A stretch of 64,000 nt of DNA from a virus. Positions within the stretch are counted from its first letter, which is position 1. Each line of letters starts with the position of its first letter. A program made the translations under genes and the position numbers. The notes below the pieces were generated by a model, which saw only the letters and a program-made list of their open reading frames with translations, searched no databases and was not told the DNA's origin. Shown piece after piece: positions 26,250 to 37,460 of this stretch. The stretch is taken from positions 5,935 through 69,934 of IMG/VR virus record IMGVR_UViG_3300023179_000096. One strand, given 5' to 3'.

Positions 26250-29200
26250 ATGGCAATTGATTTTAATACAGCACCGTATTACGATGATTTTGAAGAATCA
26301 AGTAATTATTATCGCATTCTGTTCAAACCAGGAAGGGCTGTACAGGCAAGAGAACTAACCCAGCTTCAATCTATTTTGCAAAATCAAATTGAACAGATGG
26401 GTAGGAACGTATTTAAAGATGGTTCCCTTATCACCGGGGGCAAGTCTTTTTTGAGTACTGGTTCGTATATTAAAGTACAGGAAACCTCAGATATTAGTAT
26501 TTTTGAAGGAAAAACCGTTATAGGTGCAATATCTGGCGCTAAAGCTATTGTTAGAAAAATAACACCCCTGCAATCTATAAATTCTGTTTCTTATCCCGCT
26601 GCTTTGCATTTAGTTTATATTTCAGGAAAATTCTCTGAAGGGGAAACTATTACTATTGATGGCACTACAACATCAGTAACAGCTATTGCATCTCCTTCAG
26701 TATATACTGGTCAAACTTTATTTTATAGTATAGATACTGGGGTATTTTTTACCAAAGGTCATTTTGTCTATTGTCCACAACAAACGGTAGTCGTATCCCC
26801 AACTTTTAAATTTCAGCCTTCAGCCAGAATTGGTTTAAAAATTTCTGAGGGTATTAAAACATCAGAAGATGACTCTACTCTATTAGATCCGGCGGTTGGT
26901 ACCAACAATTATTTTGCACCAGGGGCAGATCGTTATTATATTGATTTAACCTTAGACACTATTGAATATGATGCTACTATTGAAGATTCAGATACTACAG
27001 TTATAGAAGAGTTTATAGAAATTTGTAATGTAAGACGTGGTGAAATCTCGTCAATAAATGCTGTAACTCAATTTAATGAAATAGAAAACGCGCTAGCTAG
27101 AAGAACTTATGATGAGTCTGGAGACTATACTATCAGACCTTTCGTTGCAAAATTAAAAGATCATTTGTTTGGTAATCCAGAATTGCTAACTATGGAAGTT
27201 TCTCCTGGAAAAGCCTACGTAAGAGGGTTTGAATTTGAAACCATATCTCCTTCGTATATTTCTCTAGGGAGAGCAAGAGATGTAGATACCAAGAATGGAT
27301 ATTCTTTATCTTTAGATTACGGGAGCTATATTACCGTATCTAATGTTCGTGGGTTTTTTAATTTTACTAACGCACAAGAAGTTGTACTACACCGTGTTTC
27401 GGATAATTTAGCTAATGCTGCTACTTCTCAATCTTACTATGAAACTTCTGTAGGAAACGCAAGAGTGCGGTATGTAGAATATGAAAATAGCAACATCTAT
27501 AATCTATATTTATTTGATGTGCGTCTTAATTCTGGTAATACATTCAGTGAAACAAGATCTCTTACTGTTGCCAACCTTACATCATCTGCTGTTGTAAGTA
27601 GTTGTAATGTTTATGGTAATACTGTAATTACATACGGTGTGGATGATACGTTTTTATTCCGCGTACCTCAAGAAAATATTAAAACTTATGCGAACGTTAA
27701 TGGCGCAGGCTCGGGTGTTACTGATACTACTTATCAAGCCGCTCGTAATTTTTCAAGCATAAATTTTGCTCCTGGTACTGGTGCTTATTCAGGTAATTCA
27801 GTAGCTACTATTTCTGTAACGGGAAATGACAGTTTTCTCGGTTCTGGAATTTTATCTGATATTTCAATTAAAGATCGATTCTATGCTGTTGTAACGGCTG
27901 TAAGCGGTGGGGCTACTCATCCTGCTGTGGGTCAGGTGTTAGATTTTTCCGGAGCAAACGGTGAGATTGAAATTTCTGGACAAAATGCTTTATTAAGATA
28001 TAAATCTGGCAATACATTTAGTGCTAACGTAATTACAATTATCTCATCTTCTCAAGCTACTTCAAAAGTAAAAACTTTAACTTCAGCTAACGTAGAATGG
28101 CTAGCTGCCAACGGTAATGCTTATATTAATCTTTTCCGTTCAGATATCTATGATATTGTAAGTATTCAAGATGCTACAGGTAACAATTTTCTTTCCGCTT
28201 ATCAGCTCGATAACGGTCAAAGAGATGATTATTATGATCATGGTAATTTAATACTTAGAGCCGATGCTATCGGCCCGGTTTTAGGGAATACTAATCCTAA
28301 TGTTGTAGTACAATTTAGATATTTTGATCATTCTGGATCCGGATATTTTGATGCAGATTCTTATACTAAGGGCGGGTTAGATTGGGGTGATATTCCTACC
28401 TTTAACCGAACAAAAGGTAATCCTGTTAGATTATCTGACGTGATTGATTTTAGACCGGTTCGAGCTCCTTTTAGTTCCGAATTTTTAGCTGGCAGATCAC
28501 CTAAACCAGGAGCAATTTTTACTGCTGATTTTGAATATTATTTACCTAGAAGAGATAAATTAGTTCTTACTAAAGAGCGCAAGCTTGCAATAGTAAAAGG
28601 AGTTCCATCTCAATCTCCCTCTTTACCGGCTGATTTAGTTGATTCGATGACGCTGTATACGCTTGACATACCTCCCTACACTTCTAAACCTGGGGATGTA
28701 AAGCTTACTTATGTAGATAATAAACGGTATACCATGCGTGATATTGGTAAAATAGACAAACGTGTTGGTCGACTAGAATATTATACCGCATTAAGTTTAC
28801 TTGAAAAAATCGCAGCAGATGAAAAGATACCATCTGCTATTCCTGGTATAGATAGATTTAAAAATGGTATTTTAGTAGATTCTTTTGCGGGGCATTCAGT
28901 TACCGACGTTAATAACGGTGATGTTAAATGTTCGATTGATTTTGAGAATAGAATTTTAAGACCCCGTTTTGTTTCTGAATCTTATCTTTACTCTGTAAAC
29001 ACAGTAGAGTCTATTGACTATAGGAAAGCTTTTGATATTCTTACAATGGATTATACTGAAGAGCCATTTATTTCTCAAACTAAAGCTACTAATACCGTTT
29101 CACTAGTACCGTTCGAAGTTTTTACTTGGAACGGTACCATGACTCTTACTCCTTCGACCGACATATGGGCTGATACTGTTACCAATCCAGCGGTAACAGT

Positions 29201-32200
29201 TAATTTAAATGGGGAAAATGACGCATTTACACAAATAACCCTAGATTCAACAGGGCTTACTCCATGGGGTACGCGTTGGAATGATTGGCAATCGGTATTT
29301 AGGGGATTAACAGATGTTAATGTAGATGTTCAATCGTCAACTTTTGTTGATAACAAGGTATCTGTTGATGAAGCAGGTACTATTTCCGTAACTCCTACTG
29401 CTAGAACTGAAACCACAACTTCGGTTACTAAAACTTATGAGGAGTCTTTTGCAAGATCGGGCTTACAATTTAACTCTAAAGCAAAAACTATTACTGCCAG
29501 GCTCGGTGAAAAAGTAATTGATTCTTCTATTATTCCTTATATTAGATCAAGAACAATTAACTTTGTAGCTAAAAATTTAAAACCAGACACACCTTTGTTT
29601 GCAACTTTTGATGGGTATGAAGTTACATCTTATTGTACACCGGGGGTGTATGTTAAGCTAGCTGGAAATATAGCTGGAAATATTTCAACTCTCACTGTTT
29701 CATCTGGTGGGACTACTCGAAGTCAAGGTTCCGTTATATTTCAAAAAGGTAACGTTTTATATTTAAACCCGAGTATACAATTGAACTTACCTGAAGTAGG
29801 TAATGTAGCAACACTGGTTTCTGCAACAACTACTACTACCGCAAATATTATAGATGTAGAAACATATACTAATCTAATTACCAATTCTTCAGGGGATATT
29901 GCGGGTACTTTTAGAATACCCAACGATGATAATCTAAAATTTAATTTAGGTGAACGCGCGTTTAGATTAGCTGATAGCTTGGATAAAAGGTTTATCACAA
30001 CAGTAGCAGAAACAAAATATTTGGCGTATGGTCTTTCTCAAACTAAAGAAGATACTATTCTTGCTACTAGAATGAATTTAGTATCTATAGACCCATTATT
30101 AGAAGTTAGAAAAAGCGGTGCTTCTACTTCAACCAGTCAAAGCTTTAATCAAGGCGTTTCTACTGTAGGTACATCTAATCAAGGGCAGATTGTTACTAAT
30201 ATAACAAATATTACTAATGAAATACAAAATATTACTAATAATGTAGTAAATAATATTACAAATAATATTATTAATACACCTCCTGCAGTAGACGAAAATG
30301 TACAGACATTATTCTGTGGTGAAACTGTAAAGACTACTGGTAAAAATGGCGTTCATCACTTTAAAATAAACTTAGGATCAGGTGTCGGCCCGGCTAATGT
30401 AATTTGTAAAACCGGTACCATACCAGACAGATTTACACTCAATTATAATGGACAAGAAATAACTTCTGGATTCCAAACTAGTACTAATAGCAATAATGAT
30501 ATTTCTAATTTTAATCAGAGATTAAAAAACTTAGGGTACCCTGAAATCACTCGAAAAAATGTGGGTAGCTATAAATTAGAATTTGTTAAACAAAATGCTG
30601 GTGTTGAATATGCATATTTAACTGTTGACGCTCCCCTGAAAGGTACAGGGTGGAATATTGAAGTTAAATGCCCATCTGGTACTGCAAATCCGGCTCCTGG
30701 TAATCTATCTCTTTCTCTTACAGACACCATAATAGCTTTAGTTGATACCGATACAGGGAGACAAGGCTGGGCAGATACCATTCTCACACAAACTGCAGCT
30801 ACTGATATAGGAATTAGAGGAACAATTACTAATACCTCTAATAACAGCAGATGGACAAAAGATGGTATTGATAAAACAGTATATATTACTAGTATAAGTC
30901 TAGATAAAACTGACCTATTGCTTGATGAAGGAACCTTAACCGTTGTTACAACTGGAACCGGGCAAGGTTTATATAACGGGCAATATCCAAATAAAACTAA
31001 TAGAACTTATAATAATACCCCTCTCCCTGTTCTTTTACAACCAGGAGAAGAAGCAACATTTACAATTAGAGTTCAAAAAGGTGCTACAAATCGTATATCC
31101 GGTTCAGTAAAAGTTTTAGTAACTGCTGTGGGCCCGGGTGCGGGGGGTACTCAAACTGTTTCAGTAAATGTGCCTGTGGTTGAATTTACTACTACTGGGC
31201 CCCCTCAATATGTTCATCAAGACCCTCTTGCACAAACTTTCTTTGTTAATGAGAGGACATTTCCAAACGGGCTATTTATTTCATCTGTAGATCTTTGGTT
31301 CTACGAAAAAGATAATATACTCCCTGTTTCCTTAGAATTAAGACCCGTAGTTAACGGTTATCCTAGCTCAACAGAATTGATACCTTTCGCGTATAAAGTA
31401 TTAGATTCTCAAGATATTATAACTTCAACTACTTTTGAAAAAGACAAGTATACAAGATTTTCATTCCCAGCACCGGTTTATTTACCTAGTGGGCAGTATT
31501 CTATGGTGTTGAGAGGAAATTCTAAAAAATATAAAGTTTATTCAGCTATACTTGGAGAATTTAGACTAGATGAGCCTGATATTAGAGTATCTGAACAACC
31601 ATATATTGGTTCATTATTTAAATCTCAAAACGCGTCTACTTGGACAGCAGAACAATTAGAAGACTTGACTGTTAGATTTAATAAGTGTAAATTTAGTACT
31701 GATAACCCTACCGTTGTAACCTTGAACGCAGTCGCACCGTCAAATAATGTTGAGTACGATGTGTTCTTTACAACTGGTGAAACGGTTGAATTTGCAGATA
31801 CTGCTATCACATATGCATATCGAGGAACAAGTGAAGCTACTGGTATTGTTGACGGTTCGTATAGAAGATACTTGCTAGGCTCAAATCTACCATTAGAAGA
31901 GCGCAAAATAGTTAAAGCTAACACCGGTGACACACTTAAATTTAATGCGGTTCTTCAAACCTCAGATTCTTCAATTACACCGGTGCTGGACCTAGAACGC
32001 CTAAGTTCAGTACTTATTCGTAATATCATTAATAATGATTCTACTGGGGAAGATAGCTATTCAGGTGGTAATGCTTTAGCTAAATATATAACTAGAAGAG
32101 TAACTCTTAATCCTGGTTTCGAAGCTCAAGATCTAAAAGTTTATTTAAACGCTTATTGTCCAGGGCCATCGAGTATTAAAGTATATTATAAGGTTAATGC

Positions 32201-32435
32201 TCCAGGAACAATTCAGTTTGATGCAGAGAATAAATACGTAGAGATGGCTGTAACAGGTGTAAGCGGAGATACAAAAGCTGGTTTTGCTGAATATACATTT
32301 GAAAATTCTACAGATACTTGTTTACCTGACGGGGCTCGTTTTAATACATTTACAATTAAAGTTGTAATGTTATCGTCAGATACTACTCAAGTTCCAATTA
32401 TCAGAGATCTTAGAGTGTTAGCGTTAGATGGATGA
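26250..32435 (+). CDS. Large virion structural protein (VrlC/DUF4815-like)
   Basis: PYYDDF, FKPGRAVQARELTQLQS, APGADR, RRTYDESG, RYTMRDIG, DPLAQTF, FKSQNASTW. Confidence 0.85.
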   Translation: MAIDFNTAPYYDDFEESSNYYRILFKPGRAVQARELTQLQSILQNQIEQMGRNVFKDGSLITGGKSFLSTGSYIKVQETSDISIFEGKTVIGAISGAKAIVRKITPLQSINSVSYPAALHLVYISGKFSEGETITIDGTTTSVTAIASPSVYTGQTLFYSIDTGVFFTKGHFVYCPQQTVVVSPTFKFQPSARIGLKISEGIKTSEDDSTLLDPAVGTNNYFAPGADRYYIDLTLDTIEYDATIEDSDTTVIEEFIEICNVRRGEISSINAVTQFNEIENALARRTYDESGDYTIRPFVAKLKDHLFGNPELLTMEVSPGKAYVRGFEFETISPSYISLGRARDVDTKNGYSLSLDYGSYITVSNVRGFFNFTNAQEVVLHRVSDNLANAATSQSYYETSVGNARVRYVEYENSNIYNLYLFDVRLNSGNTFSETRSLTVANLTSSAVVSSCNVYGNTVITYGVDDTFLFRVPQENIKTYANVNGAGSGVTDTTYQAARNFSSINFAPGTGAYSGNSVATISVTGNDSFLGSGILSDISIKDRFYAVVTAVSGGATHPAVGQVLDFSGANGEIEISGQNALLRYKSGNTFSANVITIISSSQATSKVKTLTSANVEWLAANGNAYINLFRSDIYDIVSIQDATGNNFLSAYQLDNGQRDDYYDHGNLILRADAIGPVLGNTNPNVVVQFRYFDHSGSGYFDADSYTKGGLDWGDIPTFNRTKGNPVRLSDVIDFRPVRAPFSSEFLAGRSPKPGAIFTADFEYYLPRRDKLVLTKERKLAIVKGVPSQSPSLPADLVDSMTLYTLDIPPYTSKPGDVKLTYVDNKRYTMRDIGKIDKRVGRLEYYTALSLLEKIAADEKIPSAIPGIDRFKNGILVDSFAGHSVTDVNNGDVKCSIDFENRILRPRFVSESYLYSVNTVESIDYRKAFDILTMDYTEEPFISQTKATNTVSLVPFEVFTWNGTMTLTPSTDIWADTVTNPAVTVNLNGENDAFTQITLDSTGLTPWGTRWNDWQSVFRGLTDVNVDVQSSTFVDNKVSVDEAGTISVTPTARTETTTSVTKTYEESFARSGLQFNSKAKTITARLGEKVIDSSIIPYIRSRTINFVAKNLKPDTPLFATFDGYEVTSYCTPGVYVKLAGNIAGNISTLTVSSGGTTRSQGSVIFQKGNVLYLNPSIQLNLPEVGNVATLVSATTTTTANIIDVETYTNLITNSSGDIAGTFRIPNDDNLKFNLGERAFRLADSLDKRFITTVAETKYLAYGLSQTKEDTILATRMNLVSIDPLLEVRKSGASTSTSQSFNQGVSTVGTSNQGQIVTNITNITNEIQNITNNVVNNITNNIINTPPAVDENVQTLFCGETVKTTGKNGVHHFKINLGSGVGPANVICKTGTIPDRFTLNYNGQEITSGFQTSTNSNNDISNFNQRLKNLGYPEITRKNVGSYKLEFVKQNAGVEYAYLTVDAPLKGTGWNIEVKCPSGTANPAPGNLSLSLTDTIIALVDTDTGRQGWADTILTQTAATDIGIRGTITNTSNNSRWTKDGIDKTVYITSISLDKTDLLLDEGTLTVVTTGTGQGLYNGQYPNKTNRTYNNTPLPVLLQPGEEATFTIRVQKGATNRISGSVKVLVTAVGPGAGGTQTVSVNVPVVEFTTTGPPQYVHQDPLAQTFFVNERTFPNGLFISSVDLWFYEKDNILPVSLELRPVVNGYPSSTELIPFAYKVLDSQDIITSTTFEKDKYTRFSFPAPVYLPSGQYSMVLRGNSKKYKVYSAILGEFRLDEPDIRVSEQPYIGSLFKSQNASTWTAEQLEDLTVRFNKCKFSTDNPTVVTLNAVAPSNNVEYDVFFTTGETVEFADTAITYAYRGTSEATGIVDGSYRRYLLGSNLPLEERKIVKANTGDTLKFNAVLQTSDSSITPVLDLERLSSVLIRNIINNDSTGEDSYSGGNALAKYITRRVTLNPGFEAQDLKVYLNAYCPGPSSIKVYYKVNAPGTIQFDAENKYVEMAVTGVSGDTKAGFAEYTFENSTDTCLPDGARFNTFTIKVVMLSSDTTQVPIIRDLRVLALDG

Positions 32436-32649
32436 CACTAAATTTTTGCCTGTAATAGATAACAAAGATTTAGTTAGAGATACTGAATCTAAGGCGTTGC
32501 TTTTTACTAATAGAAATAAGTTAGAAGAGCACAGACAAAAAATATTGTTTTTTTCAAAATTATCAAGTCAGACCGAAGAAATAGAAAATATTAAAAGTGA
32601 TATTAAAGAAATTAAAAACCTTCTTTATACTCTTTTAAATAATAAATAA
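32428..32649 (+). CDS. Hypothetical small protein
   Basis: LVRD...SKA and a C-terminal coiled coil. Confidence 0.7.
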   Translation: MDDTKFLPVIDNKDLVRDTESKALLFTNRNKLEEHRQKILFFSKLSSQTEEIENIKSDIKEIKNLLYTLLNNK

Positions 32650-32680
32650 ATAATTAAAGCTCAATGTAGAGAGACCACAC

Positions 32681-33523
32681 ATGGCAACATTAGTTCTTAG
32701 AACAGTTAAAGGTACCCCGTTAACTAACACGGAGGTGGATGGAAATTTTGCAAATTTAAATTCCGATATCGGATTCGTATTTACCCGTGCAAATACTATC
32801 AATTCGAGCGTTGGTGTTCTTTCTAATTTAGCTACTACTGAAAAATCTAATCTAGTTGCTGCAATTAATGAGGTGGCTTCTGAGTCTACATCTAATGTTG
32901 CTATTACTGCAGGCACTGTTTCCGGTGTTGTAATTAGTAATTCAACATGGTCTGGTAATACAATAGCTATTGCTCAAGGAGGAACAGGGCAAACAACCAG
33001 AGCAGCAGCTATTAATGCCCTATTACCCTCTCAAACATCTAATACTAATTATTTTTTAAGAACCGATGGTAGCGATCTAACCTGGGCCCAGGCTGCTATT
33101 ACTATAACTGATGATACGACAACAAATTCAACATTCTATATTCCTCTAACAACTGCATCAACTGGAACCATTACCACTGCTAACGTTTCTACCACCAAAT
33201 TATTTTTTAATCCTAGCACAGGATTGCTATCTTCTACTGACTATAATTCAACTTCTGATATTTTATTAAAAGAAAACATAACTTCTATAGAAAATCCTCT
33301 TGAAACAATTTCAAAATTAAATGGAATTAAATTTAATTGGAAAGATTCCGGTAGCGAAGCCTTCGGTTTATCAGCTCAAGAAGTAGAAAAAATTATACCA
33401 GAAATTGTTAGAACTAACCCTAGTGGTTACAAAGGTATTAATTACCTAAATATTATAGCTTTCTTAGTAGAAGCAATAAAAGATTTAAAATCACAAGTAC
33501 AAGAGCTTAAAAACAATAAATAA
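32681..33523 (+). CDS. Tail fibre protein with C-terminal S74-type intramolecular chaperone
   Basis: KGTPLTNTEVDGNF at the N-terminus; SDILLKENI...GLSAQEVEKIIPE...LVEAIKDL. Confidence 0.8.
   Translation: MATLVLRTVKGTPLTNTEVDGNFANLNSDIGFVFTRANTINSSVGVLSNLATTEKSNLVAAINEVASESTSNVAITAGTVSGVVISNSTWSGNTIAIAQGGTGQTTRAAAINALLPSQTSNTNYFLRTDGSDLTWAQAAITITDDTTTNSTFYIPLTTASTGTITTANVSTTKLFFNPSTGLLSSTDYNSTSDILLKENITSIENPLETISKLNGIKFNWKDSGSEAFGLSAQEVEKIIPEIVRTNPSGYKGINYLNIIAFLVEAIKDLKSQVQELKNNK
33515..33522 (+). promoter_or_regulatory. Possible late promoter for the Cys-rich fibre cluster
   Basis: AATAAATA ~35 nt before ATG 33557; AT-rich context lowers specificity. Confidence 0.4.
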
Positions 33524-33556
33524 TAAATTAAAAAGCTGAGTTCTTAAGGAGCGAAG

Positions 33557-36046
33557 ATGGCAATCAAAATAGGCGGAATAACCGTCATCGACGACAGTCG
33601 TAATCTATGTAATGCTGCAAATGTTAATGCAACTTCAATTTGCGCAACTAATTTTTATGGAAGCGGTGCAGGTCTTACTGGGCTAGCTACAGCAGGTGGG
33701 GGAGAACTAGTATGTGGTACCACCAGATACACTCTCACTAGTAGTAATCAACGTAGCGTTTCAATTTGTCTTACATCCACACCTTCCTCGGGGGATATAA
33801 CCCTACCTAACGCAACTACACTGTCAAAAGGTTCACCGACCTTTACAATTAAAAATGTAAATTGTGCAACATCTATGGTTATAAGGGATGCAAATAGTTG
33901 CATATTAGCGGTTGCTCCTGCATGTTCAACTGTCCAGTTATCGTTATACGATAACTCCTTCTGTCAAGGTAGGTGGCAAGTCGGCTCTTTTACTTCTCAA
34001 GCCCAGATTGTTGATGTTACCTGTGCAAGTTATGGTAATCCTTTCTCTTGTTATTGTTATTATGTAGACGAAAATTGCAATTGGCATGGTATCTTTTTTA
34101 ACCCTAATTGCTGCTGTATTTGTTATAGAGCAGTAAAGAAATCTGCTTCAGGCTTCACAGTTAACAGTAATACATTTACTATACCAGCCACATATTCAAC
34201 AATTCCTTTTACCATATACTGTGCTTGTTGTAAAGGTGGTTGGATCCTTATACAAGGCTCTAGTTGCCATACCGGGGGTGGTACTTTAGGATGTAACGCT
34301 GTATACTACATAGTAACCAATTGTGACGGTACGTATAGTAGTGCTCCATTCTATGACTGCACAAAACAATGTTGTTATGTTGCTCTGGGTTGTAACTCTT
34401 CTTGTGGGGAATGGTGGTCAGGTTATAATGGTATATGCCATTTTTTAAATAAGTGGGTGGTAAATTATGATACCATTATGAATAACACCACGGATACCTG
34501 GTTCTCTACTCGCATTCATTGTTATAATAATCAAACTACGGGTGTCCCAACTATTTGTCAGGCTCTTTATAGAGGAGGAGCTTACCCTTCCGGTTCATGT
34601 AGACTTTGTAGTGCTAGTTTTGGTTGGCAATCACTTTGCTATGATGAAGGATATTTTTTCAATAGAACATATGGTTATACGCAGGATGGTACTAATAGGG
34701 TAGCAGATTATTTCTGCTTCTGTAATAATGGAAATGTCTGTTACTACTGTTTGTGTGGTGCAAACGCTGCAGCTTTGAGTACATTTACTGACTACATGAT
34801 TACCTATATTACATGTGCACATAGAATAGGGTGTGGTGTAAATGCTAGACCACTAGTAACTATAACTAAATTTAACCCTGGCCAGGATGGTTTCCAAAAC
34901 CAGATGGCATTTTCAGCTAATATTTGTGGTACTACTGCACTCTCAGGTTGCTTATTCTGCCCAACAGGTCTATGTTTTACTCATTCCGGTCAAGAAGGTA
35001 ATCGTGGAAACGCAGTCTTTTATAGAGTATCCTGTGGATTATTTGCAATTTCAGATTGTGATTGCGTTACTCAATCATACAAAACAGGTTTCTCTTGGCT
35101 TGCAACTGTTTGCCCCCTAACCTTCTGTCCAACCGGTACTTGTTGCACATATGCTTATTATGATATGGTAAATCAAAATTGTTGGAGGGCGTTTAATTGC
35201 GGCTGTAAAATACCAGGTGATTATAATCAACAAGTATGTGATATGGATTGTGGATTTACTATTGCACCATTTGCCTTTAAACAATATCATCTTGTCTGTA
35301 ATTCGTCCTGCTGTACTATTTACTGGTCACGTGGGTGTGTTATTGGTGACACCTGCTGGCACCTAGTAAGAATGGGTCATTGTACGGTAGCTGGTGCTTC
35401 TGCTTTAAATTGTGTTTGTAGATGGATTATATGTACCTCACCTCATGTCCCCGGTGCTACATCTTGTTCTTCATTTTATTGCATGGGTACTGCCGATTGT
35501 CTATGTTTATATACCTTAAGCGGTATTAGGTATAGATTCTGTGTTTCTGGAGGAGGTACATGGGCTACCAACTGCTGTATATCATATGATTGCTGTTTAT
35601 GTTGTAATTATGGATGTACTAGTTCATGCCCTATTAATGCTTGCTATACCTTCTGCGCATGTGGGGGTGATAAAGGGGTAACATTTGGTTGTAATACCAA
35701 TTGTGCAGTACACTATTATGATTTTGCTACATGGCCAGCTGTAATGGCTATAGCAGGATGTATTGATAATAAAACCAGATATTCTATTGCCTCATACGAC
35801 AAAGAAACTTGTCGATTTATGTCGGTTTATAACTGTTGTTCAGCTAGTGGTGCTTTAGATACGGAAGTTGCTGTAGGTTCCTGGGATCCTAGCACATGTA
35901 GTCTTTCTTACCAAAAGGGTGTGCTTATATCTTCATTATCTTTTAATTGGGATACCCTTATACCGTGTACTTATTCAATACTTTATTCTTGTTCCAATGC
36001 TTCATTACTTTTTACTAGAACACTTGGAAAGGTAACATTACTATGA
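33557..36046 (+). CDS. Cysteine-rich tail fibre / receptor-binding-like protein
   Basis: Fibre-type N-terminus (MAIKIGGITVIDDSRN, FYGSGAGLTG, ITLPNATTL); about 90 Cys in 829 aa by hand count; AAGGAG RBS. Confidence 0.75.
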   Translation: MAIKIGGITVIDDSRNLCNAANVNATSICATNFYGSGAGLTGLATAGGGELVCGTTRYTLTSSNQRSVSICLTSTPSSGDITLPNATTLSKGSPTFTIKNVNCATSMVIRDANSCILAVAPACSTVQLSLYDNSFCQGRWQVGSFTSQAQIVDVTCASYGNPFSCYCYYVDENCNWHGIFFNPNCCCICYRAVKKSASGFTVNSNTFTIPATYSTIPFTIYCACCKGGWILIQGSSCHTGGGTLGCNAVYYIVTNCDGTYSSAPFYDCTKQCCYVALGCNSSCGEWWSGYNGICHFLNKWVVNYDTIMNNTTDTWFSTRIHCYNNQTTGVPTICQALYRGGAYPSGSCRLCSASFGWQSLCYDEGYFFNRTYGYTQDGTNRVADYFCFCNNGNVCYYCLCGANAAALSTFTDYMITYITCAHRIGCGVNARPLVTITKFNPGQDGFQNQMAFSANICGTTALSGCLFCPTGLCFTHSGQEGNRGNAVFYRVSCGLFAISDCDCVTQSYKTGFSWLATVCPLTFCPTGTCCTYAYYDMVNQNCWRAFNCGCKIPGDYNQQVCDMDCGFTIAPFAFKQYHLVCNSSCCTIYWSRGCVIGDTCWHLVRMGHCTVAGASALNCVCRWIICTSPHVPGATSCSSFYCMGTADCLCLYTLSGIRYRFCVSGGGTWATNCCISYDCCLCCNYGCTSSCPINACYTFCACGGDKGVTFGCNTNCAVHYYDFATWPAVMAIAGCIDNKTRYSIASYDKETCRFMSVYNCCSASGALDTEVAVGSWDPSTCSLSYQKGVLISSLSFNWDTLIPCTYSILYSCSNASLLFTRTLGKVTLL

Positions 36047-36474
36047 TAATTACAGCTTTAGTCGATAATTCTAGAGTAATACAAAAAATAAAAACAGATA
36101 ATACACCTTTTTTCATAGAGAAACCAGGTCAAGAAAATGTTTTAATTAATACTGAACATATGCCTGATGATTTAAAAGAAAGATATAATTATGCAATTCC
36201 GTTTCATTCTATGATGTCTAACACCGGCTTTGTTACTCCTCTCTTTGATTTAAAAGATACTGAAACAATAACGGAATTATTAAAGGATGAATTTATAATT
36301 TTACGTTCTATTCGTAATTTGAAATTATCCGAATCCGATTGGACACAACTTGGTGATGTGCAGTTTACTGAGGAAAAAAAACAAGAATGGTTAAATTATC
36401 GTCAAGCACTTAGAGATTTACCAGGTAATACACCAAATCCACATTTAGTCGTGTGGCCTGAAAAACCGCTTTAA
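36043..36474 (+). CDS. Tail fibre assembly chaperone
   Basis: RNLKLSESDWTQLGD...W.NYRQALRDLP...WPEKP. Confidence 0.85.
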   Translation: MIITALVDNSRVIQKIKTDNTPFFIEKPGQENVLINTEHMPDDLKERYNYAIPFHSMMSNTGFVTPLFDLKDTETITELLKDEFIILRSIRNLKLSESDWTQLGDVQFTEEKKQEWLNYRQALRDLPGNTPNPHLVVWPEKPL

Positions 36475-36527
36475 TATATAATAACGTTATTATTCGTTTT
36501 GTTGAAATATTGTAATAAGGAAAAAAA

Positions 36528-37460
36528 ATGCGTAAAGTGATCGTTATTGACGGAGGCGCAGGCCGCGCCATCGCCGCAATCCCCTCCTTAGAAAAATACG
36601 TACGTAATCACCCAGATGAAGACGTACGTATTTTGGTTTTTGGTTGGGATAACTTATACTGGGGTAATACTCTCTTACAAGACATTACATATAGTGCCGA
36701 CACAAAAGGTATCTTTGATAGTTTTATAAAAGATGCTGATGTTATTATATCTCCTGAACCATACCGCATACCTGGTTATTTTAATCAAAAATTAACTCTT
36801 GCTCAAGCTTTTGATAAAGAAATTAATAATACTGACGACCACTCAGATATAGGTCCTCCTAAACTTTATCTTAGTAAGGGTGAGGAAAAAAATGCTGCTA
36901 ATATCATTGCTGACTGTAAGGCCCAGCAAAAAAAACAAAAAACTATAGTTATTCAGCCATATGGTCGTTCAGCTAGAGTTGATAGGGGAGATGTAATTGA
37001 TGACAGTACCCGAGGGCTTGATTCTAGATCTTACCTTCAGCTAGTAAAGAAATTATCTACAAAGTATAATCTTATTTTATTTGCAGAAAAACAATTTCAT
37101 ATCCCAGAAGACACTTACACTCAAAAATTAGAAGCCGATCTTCGCATATGGTCAGCTATTATTGAGGGCTGTGATTATTTTGTAGGATGTGACTCTGTTG
37201 GACAGCATATAGCGCGTGCCTTCAATAAACCAGGTACCGTTATTCTTGGTTCTACTTTTGCAATTAATGTTACCTACCCGGACTGGTTTAATATAATAGA
37301 AAAAGATGATCTTCCTAAAAAATACTCCCCTATACGGCTTTGCGGTCTTGACTGTCACTTAGCTGACAGATATAATGATAAGTTGATGGATTTTTCAGAA
37401 AAAGAAATCGATCAAATCTTTATGGCAGTTGTTAATGATATAGAAAAAAAGGTTAAATAA
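36528..37460 (+). CDS. GT-B glycosyltransferase, GT9/heptosyltransferase-like
   Basis: IDGGAGRAIAAIP, IVIQPYG, FVGCDSVGQHIA, VILGST. Confidence 0.75.
   Translation: MRKVIVIDGGAGRAIAAIPSLEKYVRNHPDEDVRILVFGWDNLYWGNTLLQDITYSADTKGIFDSFIKDADVIISPEPYRIPGYFNQKLTLAQAFDKEINNTDDHSDIGPPKLYLSKGEEKNAANIIADCKAQQKKQKTIVIQPYGRSARVDRGDVIDDSTRGLDSRSYLQLVKKLSTKYNLILFAEKQFHIPEDTYTQKLEADLRIWSAIIEGCDYFVGCDSVGQHIARAFNKPGTVILGSTFAINVTYPDWFNIIEKDDLPKKYSPIRLCGLDCHLADRYNDKLMDFSEKEIDQIFMAVVNDIEKKVK

Noticed and set aside
33557-36046. Codon reassignment or a diversity-generating retroelement as the cause of Cys richness
   Set aside because: Other genes use TGT/TGC at conserved Cys and TGA as stop; no reverse transcriptase or template/variable repeat pair is visible in the window
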